The translations under genes were made by a program, and so were the position numbers. A stretch of 64,000 nucleotides of DNA from Eledone cirrhosa (taxonomy: Eukaryota), in contig OZ024741.1 in the NCBI GenBank assembly GCA_964016885.1, positions 11,408,001 to 11,472,000 on the forward strand, read 5' to 3'. Every line of letters begins with the position of its first letter. The stretch's first letter is position 1. Shown piece by piece: positions 37,701 through 50,308 of this stretch. Below the pieces are notes generated by a model that did no database searches, was not told where the DNA came from, and saw nothing but the letters and a program-made list of their open reading frames with translations.

Positions 37701-40700
37701 CTAGTTGAGGGGGTAATGTAGTGACATATACACTACACACTGTCACTAGCCAGTCTTGCTGGGGTTGACACTAGTTGAGGGGGTAATGTAGTGACATATA
37801 CACTACACACTGTCACTAGCCAGTCTTGGTGGGGTTGACACTAGTTGAGGGGGTAGTGTAGTGACATATACACTACACACTGTCACTAGCCAGTCTTGGT
37901 GGGGTTGACACTAGTTGAGGGGGTAATGTAGTGACATATACACTACACACTGTCACTAGCAAGCCCTGCTGGGGTTGACACTAGTTGAGGGGGTAATGTA
38001 GTGACATATACACTACACACTGTCACTAGCAAGCCCTGCTGGGGTTGACACTAGTTGAGGGGGTAATGTAGTGACATATACACTACACACTGTCACTAGC
38101 CAGTCTTGCTGGGGTTGACACTAGTTGAGGGGGTAATGTAGTGACATATACACTACACACTGTCACTAGCAAGTCTTGGTGGGGTTGACACTAGTTGAGG
38201 GGGTAATGTAGTGACATATACACTACACACTGTCACTAGCCAGTCTTGCTGGGGTTGACACTAGTTGAGGGGGTAATGTAGTGACATATACACTACACAC
38301 TGTCACTAGCCAGTCTTGGTGGGGTTGACACTAGTTGAGGGGGTAATGTAGTGACATATACACTACACACTGTCACTAGCAAGTCCTGCTGGGGTTGACA
38401 CTAGTTGAGGGGGTAATGTAGTGACATATACACTACACACTGTCACTAGCCAGTCTTGCTGGGGTTGACACTAGTTGAGGGGGTAATGTAGTGACATATA
38501 CACTACACACTGTCACTAGCAAGTCTTGGTGGGCTTGACACTAGTTGAGGGGGTAATGTAGTGACATATACACTACACACTGTCACTAGCCTGTCTTGCT
38601 GGGGTTGACACTAGTTGAGGGGGTAATGTAGTGACATATACACTACACACTGTCACTAGCCAGTCTTGGTGGGGTTGACACTAGTTGAGGGGGTAATGTA
38701 GTGACATATACACTACACACTGTCACTAGCCAGTCTTGGTGGGGTTGACACTAGTTGAGGGGGTAATGTAGTGACATATACACTACACACTGTCACTAGC
38801 CAGTCTTGGTGGGGTTGACACTAGTTGAGGGGGTAATGTAGTGACATATACACTACACACTGTCACTAGCCAGTCTTGGTGGGGTTGACACTAGTTGAGG
38901 GGGTAATGTAGTGACATATACACTACACACTGTCACTAGCCAGTCTTGGTGGGGTTGACACTAGTTGAGGGGGTAATGTAGTGACATATACACTACACAC
39001 TGTCACTAGCCAGTCTTGGTGGGGTTGACACTAGTTGAGGGGGTAATGTAGTGACATATACACTACACACAGTCACTAGCCAGCCTTGGTGGGGTTGACA
39101 CTAGTTGAGGGGGTAATGTAGTGACATATACACTACACACTGTCACTAGCCAGCCCTGCTGGGGTTGACACTAGTTGAGGGGGTAATGTAGTGACATATA
39201 CACTACACACTGTCACTAGCAAGCCCTGCTGGGGTTGACACTAGTTGAGGGGGTCATGTAGTGACATATACACTACACACTGTCACTAGCAAGCCCTGCT
39301 GGGGTTGACACTAGTTGAGGGGGTAATGTAGTGACATATACACTACACACCGTCACTAGCAAGCCCTGCTGGGGTTGACACTAGTTGAGGGGGTAATGTA
39401 GTGACATATACACTACACACTGTCACTAGCCAGTCTTGCTGGGGTTGACACTAGTTGAGGGGGTAATGTAGTGACATATACACTACACACTGTCACTAGC
39501 AAGCCCTGCTGCGGTTGACACTAGTTGAGGGGGTAATGTACTGACATATACACTACACACTGTCACTAGCAAGCCCTGCTGGGGTTGACACTAGTTGAGG
39601 GGGTAATGTAGTGACATATACACTACACACTGTCACTAGCCAGCCCTGCTGGGGTTGACACTAGTTGAGGGGGTAATGTAGTGACATATACACTACACAC
39701 TGTCACTAGCAAGCCCTGCTGGGGTTGACACTAGTTGAGGGGGTAATGTAGTAACATATACACTACACACTGTCACAAGCAAGCCCTGCTGGGGTTGACA
39801 CTATTTGAGGGGGTAATGTAGTGACATATACACTACACACTGTCACTAGCAAGCCCTGCTGGGGTTGACACTAGTTGAGGGGGTAATGTAGTGACATATA
39901 CACTACACACTGTCACTAGCCAGTCTTGGTGGGGTTGACACTAGTTGAGGTGGTAATGTAGTGACATATACACTACACACTGTCACTAACCAGTCTTGGT
40001 GGGGTTGACACTAGTTGAGGGGGTAATGTAGTGACATATACACTACACACTGTCACTAGCCAGCCTCGGTGGGGTTGACACTAGTTGAGGGGGTAATGTA
40101 GTGACATATACACTACACACTGTCACTAGCCAGTCTTGGTGGGGTTGACACTAGTTGAGGGGGTAATGTAGTGACATATACACTACACACTGTCACTAGC
40201 CAGCTCTGCTGGGGTTGACACTAGTTGAGGGGGTAATGTAGTGACATATACACTACACACTGTCACTAGCCAGTCTTGGTGGGGTTGACACTAGTTGAGG
40301 GGGTAATGTAGTGACATATACACTACACACTGTCACTAGCCAGTCTTGGTGGGGTTGACACTAGTTGAGGGGGTAATGTAGTGACATATACACTACACAC
40401 TGTCACTAGCCAGTTTTAGTGGGGTTGACACTAGTTGAGGGGGTAATGTAGTGACATATACACTACACACTGTCACTAGCCAGTCTTGGTAGGGTTGACA
40501 CTAGTTGAGGGGGTAATGTAGTGACATATACACTACACACTGTCACTAGCCAGTCTTGGTGGGGTTGACACTAGTTGAGGGGGTAATGTAGTGACATATA
40601 CACTACACACTGTCACTAGCCAGTCTTGCTGGGGTTGACACTAGTTGAGGGGGTAATGTAGTGACATATACACTACACACTGTCACTAGCCAGCCCTGCT

Positions 40701-42193
40701 GGGGTTGACACTAGTTGAGGGGGTAATGTAGTGACATATACACTACACACTATCACTAGCCAGTCTTACTGGGGTAGACACTAGTTGAGGGGGTAATGTA
40801 GTGACATATACACTACACACTGTCACTAGCAAGCCCTGCTGGGGTTGACACTAGTTGAGGGGGTAATGTAGTGACATATACACTACACACTGTCACTAGC
40901 AAGCCCTGCTGGGGTTGACACTAGTTGAGGGGGTAATGTAGTGACATATACACTACACACTGTCACTAGCCAGTCTTACTGGGGTTGACACTAGTTGAGG
41001 GGGTAATGTAGTGACATATACACTACACACTGTCACTAGCCAGCCCTGCTGGGGTTGACAGTAGTTGAGGGGGTAATGTAGTGACATATACACTACACAC
41101 TGTCACTAGCCAGTCTTACTGGGGTTGACACTAGTTGAGGGGGTAATGTAGTGACATATACACTACACACTGTCACTAGCCAGCCCTGCTGGGGTTGACA
41201 CTAGTTGAGGGGGTAATGTAGTGACATATACACTACACACTGTCACTAGCCAGCCCTGCTGGGGTTGACACTAGTTGAGGGGGTAATGTAGTGACATATA
41301 CACTACACACTGTCACTAGCCAGCCCTGCTGGGGTTGACACTAGTTGAGGGGGTAATGTAGTGACATATACACTACACACTGTCACTAGCCAGTCTTGGT
41401 GGGGTTGACACTAGTTGAGGGGGTAATGTAGTGACATATACACTACACACTGTCACTAGCCAGCCCTGCTGGGGTTGACACTAGTTGAGGGGGTAATGTA
41501 GTGACATATACACTACACACTGTCACTAGCCAGTCTTGGTGGGGTTGACACTAGTTGAGGGGGTAATGTAGTGACATATACACTACACACTGTCACTAGC
41601 CAGCCCTGCTGGGGTTGACACTAGTTGAGGGGGTAATGTAGTGACATATACACTACACACTGTCACTAGCCAGTCTTGCTGGGGTTGACACTAGTTGAGG
41701 GGGTAATGTAGTGACATATGCACTACACACTGTCACTAGCCAGTCTTGGTGGGGTTGACACTAGTTGAGGGGGTAATGTAGTGACATATACACTACACAC
41801 TGTCACTAGCCAGTCTTGCTGGGGTTGACACTAGTTGAGGGGGTAATGTAGTGACATATACACTACACACTGTCACTAGCCAGTCTTGCTGGGGTTGACA
41901 CTAGTTGAGGGGGTAATGTAGTGACATATACACTACACACTGTCACTAGCCAGCCCTGCTGGGGTTGACACTAGTTGAGGGGGTAATGTAGTGACATATA
42001 CACTACACACTGTCACTAGCCAGCCCTGCTGGGGTTGACACTAGTTGAGGGGGTAGTGTAGTGACATATACACTACACACTGTCACTAGCCAGTCTTGCT
42101 GGGGTTGACACTAGTTGAGGGGGTAATGTAGTGACATATGCACTACACACTGTCACTAGCCAGCCCTGCTGGGGTTGACACTAGTTGAGGGGG
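28785..42193. repeat. 70-bp tandem satellite, ~191 copies (13.4 kb), inside the long SFXN5 intron
   Basis: Unit AATGTAGTGACATATACACTACACACTGTCACTAGC-[10-bp variable]-GGGGTTGACACTAGTTGAGGGGGT; the ORF track has no ORF here. Confidence 0.98.
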
Positions 42194-42221
42194 AATCTTA
42201 GCAACACAGGTCAGTTAAATA

Positions 42222-42432
42222 TTACTACATATACACACCTGACACACCACAACTATATATACACACATATACACACCTGACACACTACAACTATATATAT
42301 ACATATATACACACCACAACTATATATACACACATATACACACCTGACACACCACAACTATATATACACACATATACACACCTGACACACCACAACTATA
42401 TATATACACACCTGACACACCACAACTATACA
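42222..42432. repeat. Short minisatellite (CACCTGACACACCACAACTATATATACACACATATACA-like, ~5 copies)
   Basis: Directly visible right of the 70-bp array. Confidence 0.8.
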
Positions 42433-42699
42433 TACATTCTTTTTCTGTTGTTTATTGCTGCACATGATTTTGAAGTGAATTATGTGACAAAAACATGATC
42501 AGTGTCTTGTTCCTTTGTTAATTCTTATCCCTGTGACATGAGGAAATCCCCTCCCCCACAGTAATATTACTTCACCCCACAACAATGAGGACAACTTCTT
42601 GTTTCCTTGAATATGGCAAACTTCTCTTGACTCCCTCAGACCAACTTCTCTTACTTGGCATTATTTGACCAACAAAGCTACACTCATCAACTTCACATC

Positions 42700-43060
42700 A
42701 CTGAGGTGTCAGGTAATGCCCATGAGGGTGCTTGGTTGTCTCAGTGTCTTAGCCTCGCCATCACCCGTGGTAATGCTGTGAGTATATTGAATATATATAT
42801 TATTTAATAAAATAGTACATATTTCATCCCTAGTGCTACTGCTGCAACTATTACTACTACCACCACCACCACTGCTACTAGTACAACTATTACCACCACC
42901 ACCACTACTACTACAAATGAGTGGAGGCTTCTGGTATCTTTGGCCCTAGGGCTACCTCCGTACTCACCACCATAGGCGCTGAGTTGGCCAGCCGCAGGTG
43001 TGAGCCTCGCGTGTTGGAATGCCTTTTCCAGCGCATCTCCCTTACCATCCACCGGGGCTG
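42700..43060 (+). mobile_element. Two C-terminal fragments of CRE-like (RLE-type) non-LTR retrotransposons
   Basis: HEGAWLSQCLSLAITRGNAVSIL (42721-42789) and VEASGIFGPRATSVLTTIGAELASRRCEPRVLECLFQRISLTIHRG (42921-43058) fit the family motif ET.G..G....L......LFQR(I/L)S.AIQRGNA. Confidence 0.7.
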
Positions 43061-43950
43061 TGGGGAGGCCAGCACGTGGGACCCCATTTGCTCACCATAC
43101 AGAGAGATGGCGAGGGTGAGAGAGATTGAGGCGATGATAGTGGGAGTTCGGCTCTTCCACGTTCGGACCATATCCTTGTGGTTGTGTTTATTATCTATGG
43201 AGTTCCCACTTCACGTTAATGTTTGTAGTCACTACTTGAATACTCAGTACACTCACCACAAGAATTACAATCCTACAGTGGAATATTAGAACCTTAGACT
43301 ACAAATGAATGAATCAACCAGACAACAAACAAACCAAACTCACAACAGCCACCGCTAAAACTTAACACCTTTACCTGGCAACTGATTACTAGAGAAACCT
43401 TACAAAAATATTATTATTGACATGATCGTTAGAACATCGAACAACATGCACTGTAGCTTTTAGTTCCGCCCCTTAATGTTCTGAGTCCAAATCTCACCGA
43501 GGTCAACTCTGCTTTACATCCTTCCGGGGTCGATACAATAAAGTACCGATCCAGTACAGATATACGAAATCATCGTTTATTGGAAGCTGTTGCTTGGTGT
43601 TGCTGAACTTTACGGCGACAACACGGTGTAACGATACAGCCTCCATCTAATTATCTCATGGTTTCTACTTTATGCACAAGGCCAGCAATTTACGGGAGGA
43701 GGTGGAGTCAAATTAAATTTACTCCTGTACTTGACTGGTATTTTATTTTATCAACCCCGGAAGGATGCAAAGTAAATTTCACCCCGGCAGGATTTGAACG
43801 CACAATATAAGGAGTCGGAACAAATACTGCAAGGTATTTGTCCGGCCAGCCCATCGATTCGTTTTGTTTACTCTTCAATAACACTCGTGTATATGTGTGT
43901 GTATATATATATATATATATGTGTGTATGTGTATAAATATTTATATTTAC

Positions 43951-44016
43951 CTGGTCAAAGCGGGATGAGTTGAGTTTGAAAGGAGGGTATTCATCGTGTG
44001 TATCACCAACAGACAT
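43951..44016 (-). CDS. SFXN5: Sideroflexin-5-like, first coding exon (MSVGDTHDEYPPFKLNSSRFDQ)
   Basis: PPFKL...RFDQ matches the SFXN5 N-terminal PPFQLGKPRFQQ (recalled). CAG/GTAAA donor; 66 bp, phase 0, joins ETFRGR in frame. A TTAG acceptor 12 nt upstream of the ATG suggests an unlocated 5' UTR exon. Confidence 0.85.
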
Positions 44017-44734
44017 TATAACTGGACTCTAAGTAAATATGTGTGCGTATGTATGTGTATTTATTTATAAGTGACACTGGAATTCTGTTGACATCCCACC
44101 AGAGGGCAGTGTGTATGATAAATTGTCAAATGAGAGTTACTTCCCCTTAATGCGTTGGTTCTCTGTTATTTTTGAAGAAAGCAGTGGGGTGTTTGTAAAC
44201 TGTGTCGTAAAAGAGATATATTGTATTTCAAAAAGGTAAAAAAATACAAATTGAAGTTGGTAATAAAGTTTTTATAACACTTTATTTTTTACAATAAAGA
44301 AATATATTAGTTTAATGTTTAATATAATAAGAAAGGTTACATAAAAACTTTATTTTCCGAAGTACACAGTAGAGAGTCGTCGTTTTATTCACTGTTGTAT
44401 AAAAAGAGATATAATAATACAATGCTTACAAAACGGAAACATAAACAAATATAATATAAAGGAAAGGGAAAACAGAAAAAAAGAAAGGAAAAGAAAGAAA
44501 AAAGAAAAAAATTTATCTGGGACCACAACAAAAGGCAGACGAAAGGGGCGGTCAACCGAGTCGGTACCAGAGTAAAAGATAACAGTATCGCAAGGAGCAC
44601 TGGGAAAGCTCTCTAATGATTTTTTAGGCAAGCCAGCACGCCGGCAGCGTTACCTCGGGTGGTGGCGAGGTTGATGCTAAGGGACAGGGATGTGTTTACA
44701 GAGCTGAGTTAAAGTGAGAGTGATTAACAGCCTG

Positions 44735-45352
44735 CTGACTGCTAAGAGTCAGAAGTGTGTTTTCACTGCTTAGCTATAGCATGACTGAAATACAGACTGC
44801 TGAAGGCCAGAGGTGTGTTTTTACTGCTCAGCTAAGGTGACACTAACTAAAAGACTGCTGAGGGCCAGAGGTGTGTTTTTACTGCTCAGCTAAGGTGACA
44901 CTAACTAACAGACTGTTGTAGGCCAGAGGTGTGTTTTTACTGCTCAGCTAAGGTGACACTAACTAAAAGACTGCTGAGGGCCAGAGGTGTGTTTTTACTG
45001 CTCAGCTAAGGTGACACTAACTAACAGACTGTTGTAGGCCAGAGGTGTGTTTTCACTGCTCAGCTAAGGTGACACTAACTAACAGACTGTTGAGGACCAG
45101 AGGTGTGTTTTCACTGCTCAGCTAAGGTGACACTAACTAACAGACTGTTGTAGGCCAGAGGTGTGTTTTCACTGCTCAGCTAAGGTGACACTAACTAACA
45201 GACTGTTGTAGGCCAGAGGTGTGTTTTCACTGCTCAGCTAAGGTGATACTAACTAACAGACTGTTGAGGACCAGAGGCTTGTTGCCACTACTCAGCTAAG
45301 GTGACACTGACAGACTGCTGAGGACCAGAGGTGTCTTTCCACTGCTCACCTA
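44735..45352. repeat. ~58-bp minisatellite, ~10 copies
   Basis: Unit GACTG(C/T)TG(A/T)(G/A)GGCCAGAGGTGTGTTTT(T/C)ACTGCTCAGCTAAGGTGACACTAACTAACA. Confidence 0.9.
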
Positions 45353-46579
45353 AAGCACTTTTCATTTTCATTTCAATCTTTCTGCAGTGACTATAACTTC
45401 AGTTTATTGTGAAAATTTTGTAAATATTATTTTGCATTCATTTATTTATTCAATCATAATGCCCTGCTAGACAGGCCATCTCTTCCATTTTCTCACATAT
45501 ACCAACCTCACCTTGGACGTGATCTCAATACTAAAAAAAGAATTATTGTTATTACACTGCGATTGCTTTCAGATCAGTAGGACAACATTCATTATGGTAT
45601 TTAAATATTTAGTATGGGCTCTGTTAAGTTTTACATACCCAAGATACACCGTATATCACAGTATATTTACTGATAAAATGACAAGTCAGACAATCATATT
45701 GGTGGCCTCCCCACAGCCCCGGTGGACAGAATGGAGAAGGCGTTGGACTAAAGTTAGAAAATCTCCATTATTTCACTTCCTCTGTGTTTCACCCTTCCCC
45801 ACCAGAAACTATAAGACATGGCGAGCCTCTTAAATCACTGCATTCTATTGACCTAGTTTATTGACGCTTTCTAATCTCTTTTCTATAACCTTCTTGAATG
45901 AATCGTTAAACACATAAATATACATACATACACACATATACATACACATACATACACATATATGCATACATGCATAGACATATATACATACACACACATA
46001 CATTTATACACATACACATTCATGCATATACACACACATATACATACGTGCATATATACATATACATATACATACATACACACATACATACATGCATACG
46101 CACATACAGACACATACGCACACACACATACAGACACATACGCACACACATTCCAATATACAGTCTTGCAAATACACAAACTTACTCAAGTATACGAATT
46201 TATATTCACGTATATATACACATGTTCAATTTTACAAACATTATACACAAATCCATAAATCCATATATATATCTACTCAAATTTACAAGCTTAGATACAT
46301 ACACACACACATTGAGGCAGGGTAGGGGAGGCTGACTGGGTCGTAGCCGGGGGGGGGGGGATAATATTTTAAAGCCCCAAATACATTTGTTTACTATTAT
46401 AATATATACATATATACATTAGATTACATAAACATACATACACTCACACATACACATACACACTCACACACACACATACATACATACATACATGATGGCT
46501 GCCGCCACGTTATCGAGTATGGCCATTGCACGAAAAAAAGAAGAAAAAAAAACAACATAATAACGACAATAATAATAAT

Positions 46580-46769
46580 AATAATTGTTTCTACTTTTGG
46601 CACAAGGCCAGCAATTATCCAGTACATTACTGGTACTTTATTTTATCGACCCCGTAAGGATGAAAGGCAAAGTTAACCTCGGCGGGATTTGAACTCAGAA
46701 CATAAAGGGCCGTAGCTATGCTGGAAAGCATGTCCCAGCCTCTACCGATACTGCCAATCCACCGCCCTT
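46580..46769 (-). mobile_element. Second tRNA-derived SINE family
   Basis: Minus strand TGGCAGTATCGG...GAGTTCAAATCCCGCCGAGGTTAACTTTGCCTTTCATCCTTACGGGGTCGATAAAATAAAGTACCAGT. Copies at 62440-62630, 43670-43850, 43460-43560, 24845-24960 and 17285-17430. Confidence 0.8.
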
Positions 46770-46784
46770 AATAATAATAATAAT

Positions 46785-49700
46785 GATTTCTTTATTAACC
46801 ACAAGGGTTGACATAAAGTATACATTAAGGACAGTGCAGGACGGTACAAATGGGCATTTCTGCGTGTAAAGAACAAAAACAGAGGATGTAACATAAAAAT
46901 AACAATGAAAAATTCCCCAATAGGGGGAATTTTTCATGGTTATGTCCTTAATGTCTACTTTATGTAAACCCTTGTGGTTAATAAAGAAATCATTATTATT
47001 ATTATTATTATTATTATTGGGGAGACTTCGGAGGGACATTTGTGGAGAAAGCCCAGTAAAAGGCCACAGTGACCCTGACCACCAAGGCAAGTGCCCTCTC
47101 CCAGTTTTCCACCTTTAATTTACAGATACGTACTCAGAGTAGGCCCATTCACTCGGGCCATTCTTGCTTCTCTCACCCAGTAGCCGGGTCCTCGTCTATG
47201 AAGCCTATCTAAGTCAAGCACACAGATCCCGAATTTGTGGTCCGTGTAGCTGACTATCTTGAATTGTGGACAGCCTATGCTAGACCTATCTATTTCCCTA
47301 CAAAATACTCTATCTAGATATGATCTGGATGACCCTATTCGATTTGTCCAAGTCCACATTGGCACATTCGGGAAATCCAATCGGTACCTGTCAGACAGTT
47401 CAAACCGCCTGAGCAGGTTGGTGAGACTCTTGCACCCTCCTCCCCTATCCGCTAATCCCACACAGTCCCAGCGTGCATCTAAGATCCCGTTCCAGTCGCC
47501 CACTAACACTAAAGAGCGGGACGTTCCAAGAAAGGTCTCCAAGCCACGCGCATTTATGCTGCCTATTCTGAGTGAGGTCATGTTGAAATGGAGTGGAAAA
47601 GATGGGAAAGACCTCTTGCCGTACTTTTCGCAGAGGAAGGATGGTTTCTCCATCCCTTTTCACTTGATCGTCTGGTGAAGGGACCGTTGAATCGTCCCTT
47701 CGGCTGGTCGTCGGTTCTTCTATGAGTATGTCCGAATATACTCTCCGGTTGAGAGTCCCTCCTAGGTCTCTGAAATCACCAACTACGTTGGGGAATTTCG
47801 TTTTAATGTTTGTGTATTGTTTCTGTGCTATTTTAACCAGTCTTATGTTCGTTGGCGTTTTGATTGGTGCTGCTATTATGTAGTCGTGCTGTGGAATGTC
47901 TGTGTGTTCAATTATGTAAGTCATTAGTTTCTTGTTGTGTGTATTTATTGCCGTGCATTTATTTTTCTGTGGGTGGGGTGTGGTTCTGCTATTTTCTTGT
48001 CGTTGTTGCTGGGTGTGTGTATTTTGTTGTTGTGTTTGCGATGTTGGTGTTTGTGGTGGTGGTGTTGAAGGTGTTGTTGTTGTTGTTGGCGGTGGGGTTG
48101 TCGCCGGTGGTGATGGTGGTGCTAGTGTGGGTGGTGATGCTGTTGGTGGTGTTGCTGCTGTGAGTCTCTTTGCAGTAGCCTTTACCCTTTTTTCATTTCT
48201 TTCCTCCCTTTTCGAAGGCGACGATGCGCTGCTTCTGCGTTTGTGCCTTCTTACGACCTTTTGCCATCCCTCTCCCACCTCACACTTCATGTCTGATTCT
48301 GTGAGGTCGGGGAGGGGTACCAGCTCCACTCTTTCACTTGTTGTTGTTGGTGATGTTTGCAGTGGAGTCTCTGTTGCAGCTGCATTTGGTATTACTGTTG
48401 TTGTTGTTAATACTTCCACTGCTGCTGCTGTTCTTGATTTCCGTGGCGTGGGTATGGGTGCCACGGACCTATCGTTCCTAGTTGCCGCTTGTCCTGTTGC
48501 TGGTAGCCGTGGAGCCGGTTTCGGAAGGAGGGGGTTTTTTCTCCTTTCTCAGGGTCTTCTCGTTGCAGAAGGCCCTGAGGTGAGTCTTCGATCCACAGCG
48601 AAAGCATTTCGGGCGTTTGCCCTCAACACTTATGGGCAGTTGAGTGCCGTTATCGAAGTCTATCACATCCGGGATAGCTTCGATGCACTCCTGGTTGGTT
48701 TGGATTAACATCTCAATGAAGGTGCCAACCCAATCTTCTCTTACTTTTTTCTGTACTTGCAGTACAGTTGTTTTGTCCTCGATTCCGACGAGGACAGACG
48801 CGGCCAGCCAAGAAGGGTCCATCCCCGGGGGGGGGGGGGGGTCAGTTTGACCCTCACAATTTTTTGCCCGCAGTAGGAGGACACCAACACCATTTCCTCG
48901 CTCCTTAGGGTCACTAAGGATTGAGCCTTTGCCTCCTGGGGTGTGGCAAAAAGCACGTCTACGGTGGCATATTTCTTGCCTGGGTGATATGCGTTTTCCG
49001 CTGCCACACATACCGTAAGGCTTTTTGTATTTGAGCCTCTGTGGCTCTTTCAACCCTACGGGATTTTGTGCTTACTGTACGGTACGTGACCGTACAGTGC
49101 TGTTGGGTTTCGAAACATTTTTCGGCTGCCTTGCAGATTGCTCGGTGTCCGATTTTCGTCACCATCTTCTTCGCTTCCTGTAATTCCTCACTTGTTATGA
49201 GGATGGTTTCCAGGTTCTTTGCGATACCTGCAAACGAGATTGGTTTTTCTTTGCTGCTGTTGTTGTTGTTGTTGTCGTCAGAGCTGCTGTTACTTTTGTT
49301 GTTGCTGCAGGTACTACGACTACTGCCGCCGCCGCTGTTGCTGTGGTTGTTGTTGTTGTTGCTACTGCTGCTGTTGTTGCTGTTGCTGCTAATGCTGTTG
49401 TTGTTTATGCTGCTGCTGATGCTGTTGCGGCTGCTACTGTTGGTTTCCTTGTCACTGTTGCTGCTGCTGCTGTTATTACGGCTGCTACTGCTATTATTCA
49501 TGACGACAGACGAATGAAATGGGTTTTCGGATTTACCGCACATCTTTTTCGTCGTTGTCGTCGTCGTGGAGAAATGTTCCATGTTTTGCACGTGATTTTG
49601 TAAACTATTTTTCTTTACTGGCGTCGCTTGCGAAAGAGAAGGGAGGGAGAGAGACACATTTAGAGAAGGGAGGGAGAGAGACAATCTACTCTCTGCTGTA

Positions 49701-49993
49701 GTGACGATTGAGGAAGAAGACGGAATGAGTGGGAGTGATTTGTGAAAATTCTTTTTCGTAGCCATGTTTTTTTTTTGGGGGGGGGGGGGGGTAAAATAAA
49801 TATTGGGCACAAAACCCCAATAAGCGGTTATTTAACCCCGAAGGGCCAAATAACGGGCAGAAAGACCCCTCTCACGAGGAGGAGGGTGTTTTTGTTTACA
49901 ATTTAGTTACAATTTTAAACAATTTACAATTGTTATAGCGGTCAAAATTTACAATACCTTACAGAGCCGAGCCTCCGTCAACCATGGCGTTCA
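46785..49993 (-). mobile_element. Internally deleted Tx1-clade LINE with intact 5' end, frameshifted ORF1, 153-aa mini-ORF2 and rearranged 3' end
   Basis: Colinear with 50047-56077. ORF1 is split over 48959-49810, 48478-49053 and 47445-48464; ORF2 is reduced to 47120-47581. Confidence 0.93.
47120..47581 (-). CDS. Open 153-aa mini-ORF2 (partial APE endonuclease fused to the last 17 residues of ORF2)
   Basis: MTSLRIGSINARGL|ETFLGTSRSLVLVGDWN...SYLDRVF...TDH...GPGYW|VREARMARVNGPTLSTYL; two in-frame deletions relative to 50309-53728. Expression unknown. Confidence 0.5.
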   Translation of the reverse strand: MTSLRIGSINARGLETFLGTSRSLVLVGDWNGILDARWDCVGLADRGGGCKSLTNLLRRFELSDRYRLDFPNVPMWTWTNRIGSSRSYLDRVFCREIDRSSIGCPQFKIVSYTDHKFGICVLDLDRLHRRGPGYWVREARMARVNGPTLSTYL

Positions 49994-50048
<55 letters not shown>

Positions 50049-50308
50049 TTTCTTTATTAACCACAAGGGTTTACATAAAGTAGACATTAAGGACAGTGCA
50101 GGACAATGCAGGACGGTACAAATGGGCATTTCTGCGTGTAAAAAAACAAAAACAGAGGATGTAACAAAAATAACAATGAAAATAACAATGAAAAATTCCC
50201 CAATAGGGGGGAGACTTCGGAGGGACATTTGTGGAGAAAGCCCAGTAAAAAGCCACAATGACCCTGACCACCAAGGCAAGTGCCCTCTCCCAGTTTTCCA
50301 CCTTTAGT

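Noticed and set aside
28785-42193. CRISPR-like array (constant palindromic repeat plus variable segment)
   Set aside because: The variable 10-bp segment has only a few recurring SNP variants, not unique spacers. There are no cas genes and the context is a eukaryotic intron.
44200-45410. Possible solo LTR around the 58-bp minisatellite
   Set aside because: I could not define TG...CA ends, a TSD or a second copy.
47175-47535. Spliceosomal intron removal as the cause of the Tx1 ORF2 deletions
   Set aside because: No placement of either junction within the TGG microhomology gives GT...AG ends.
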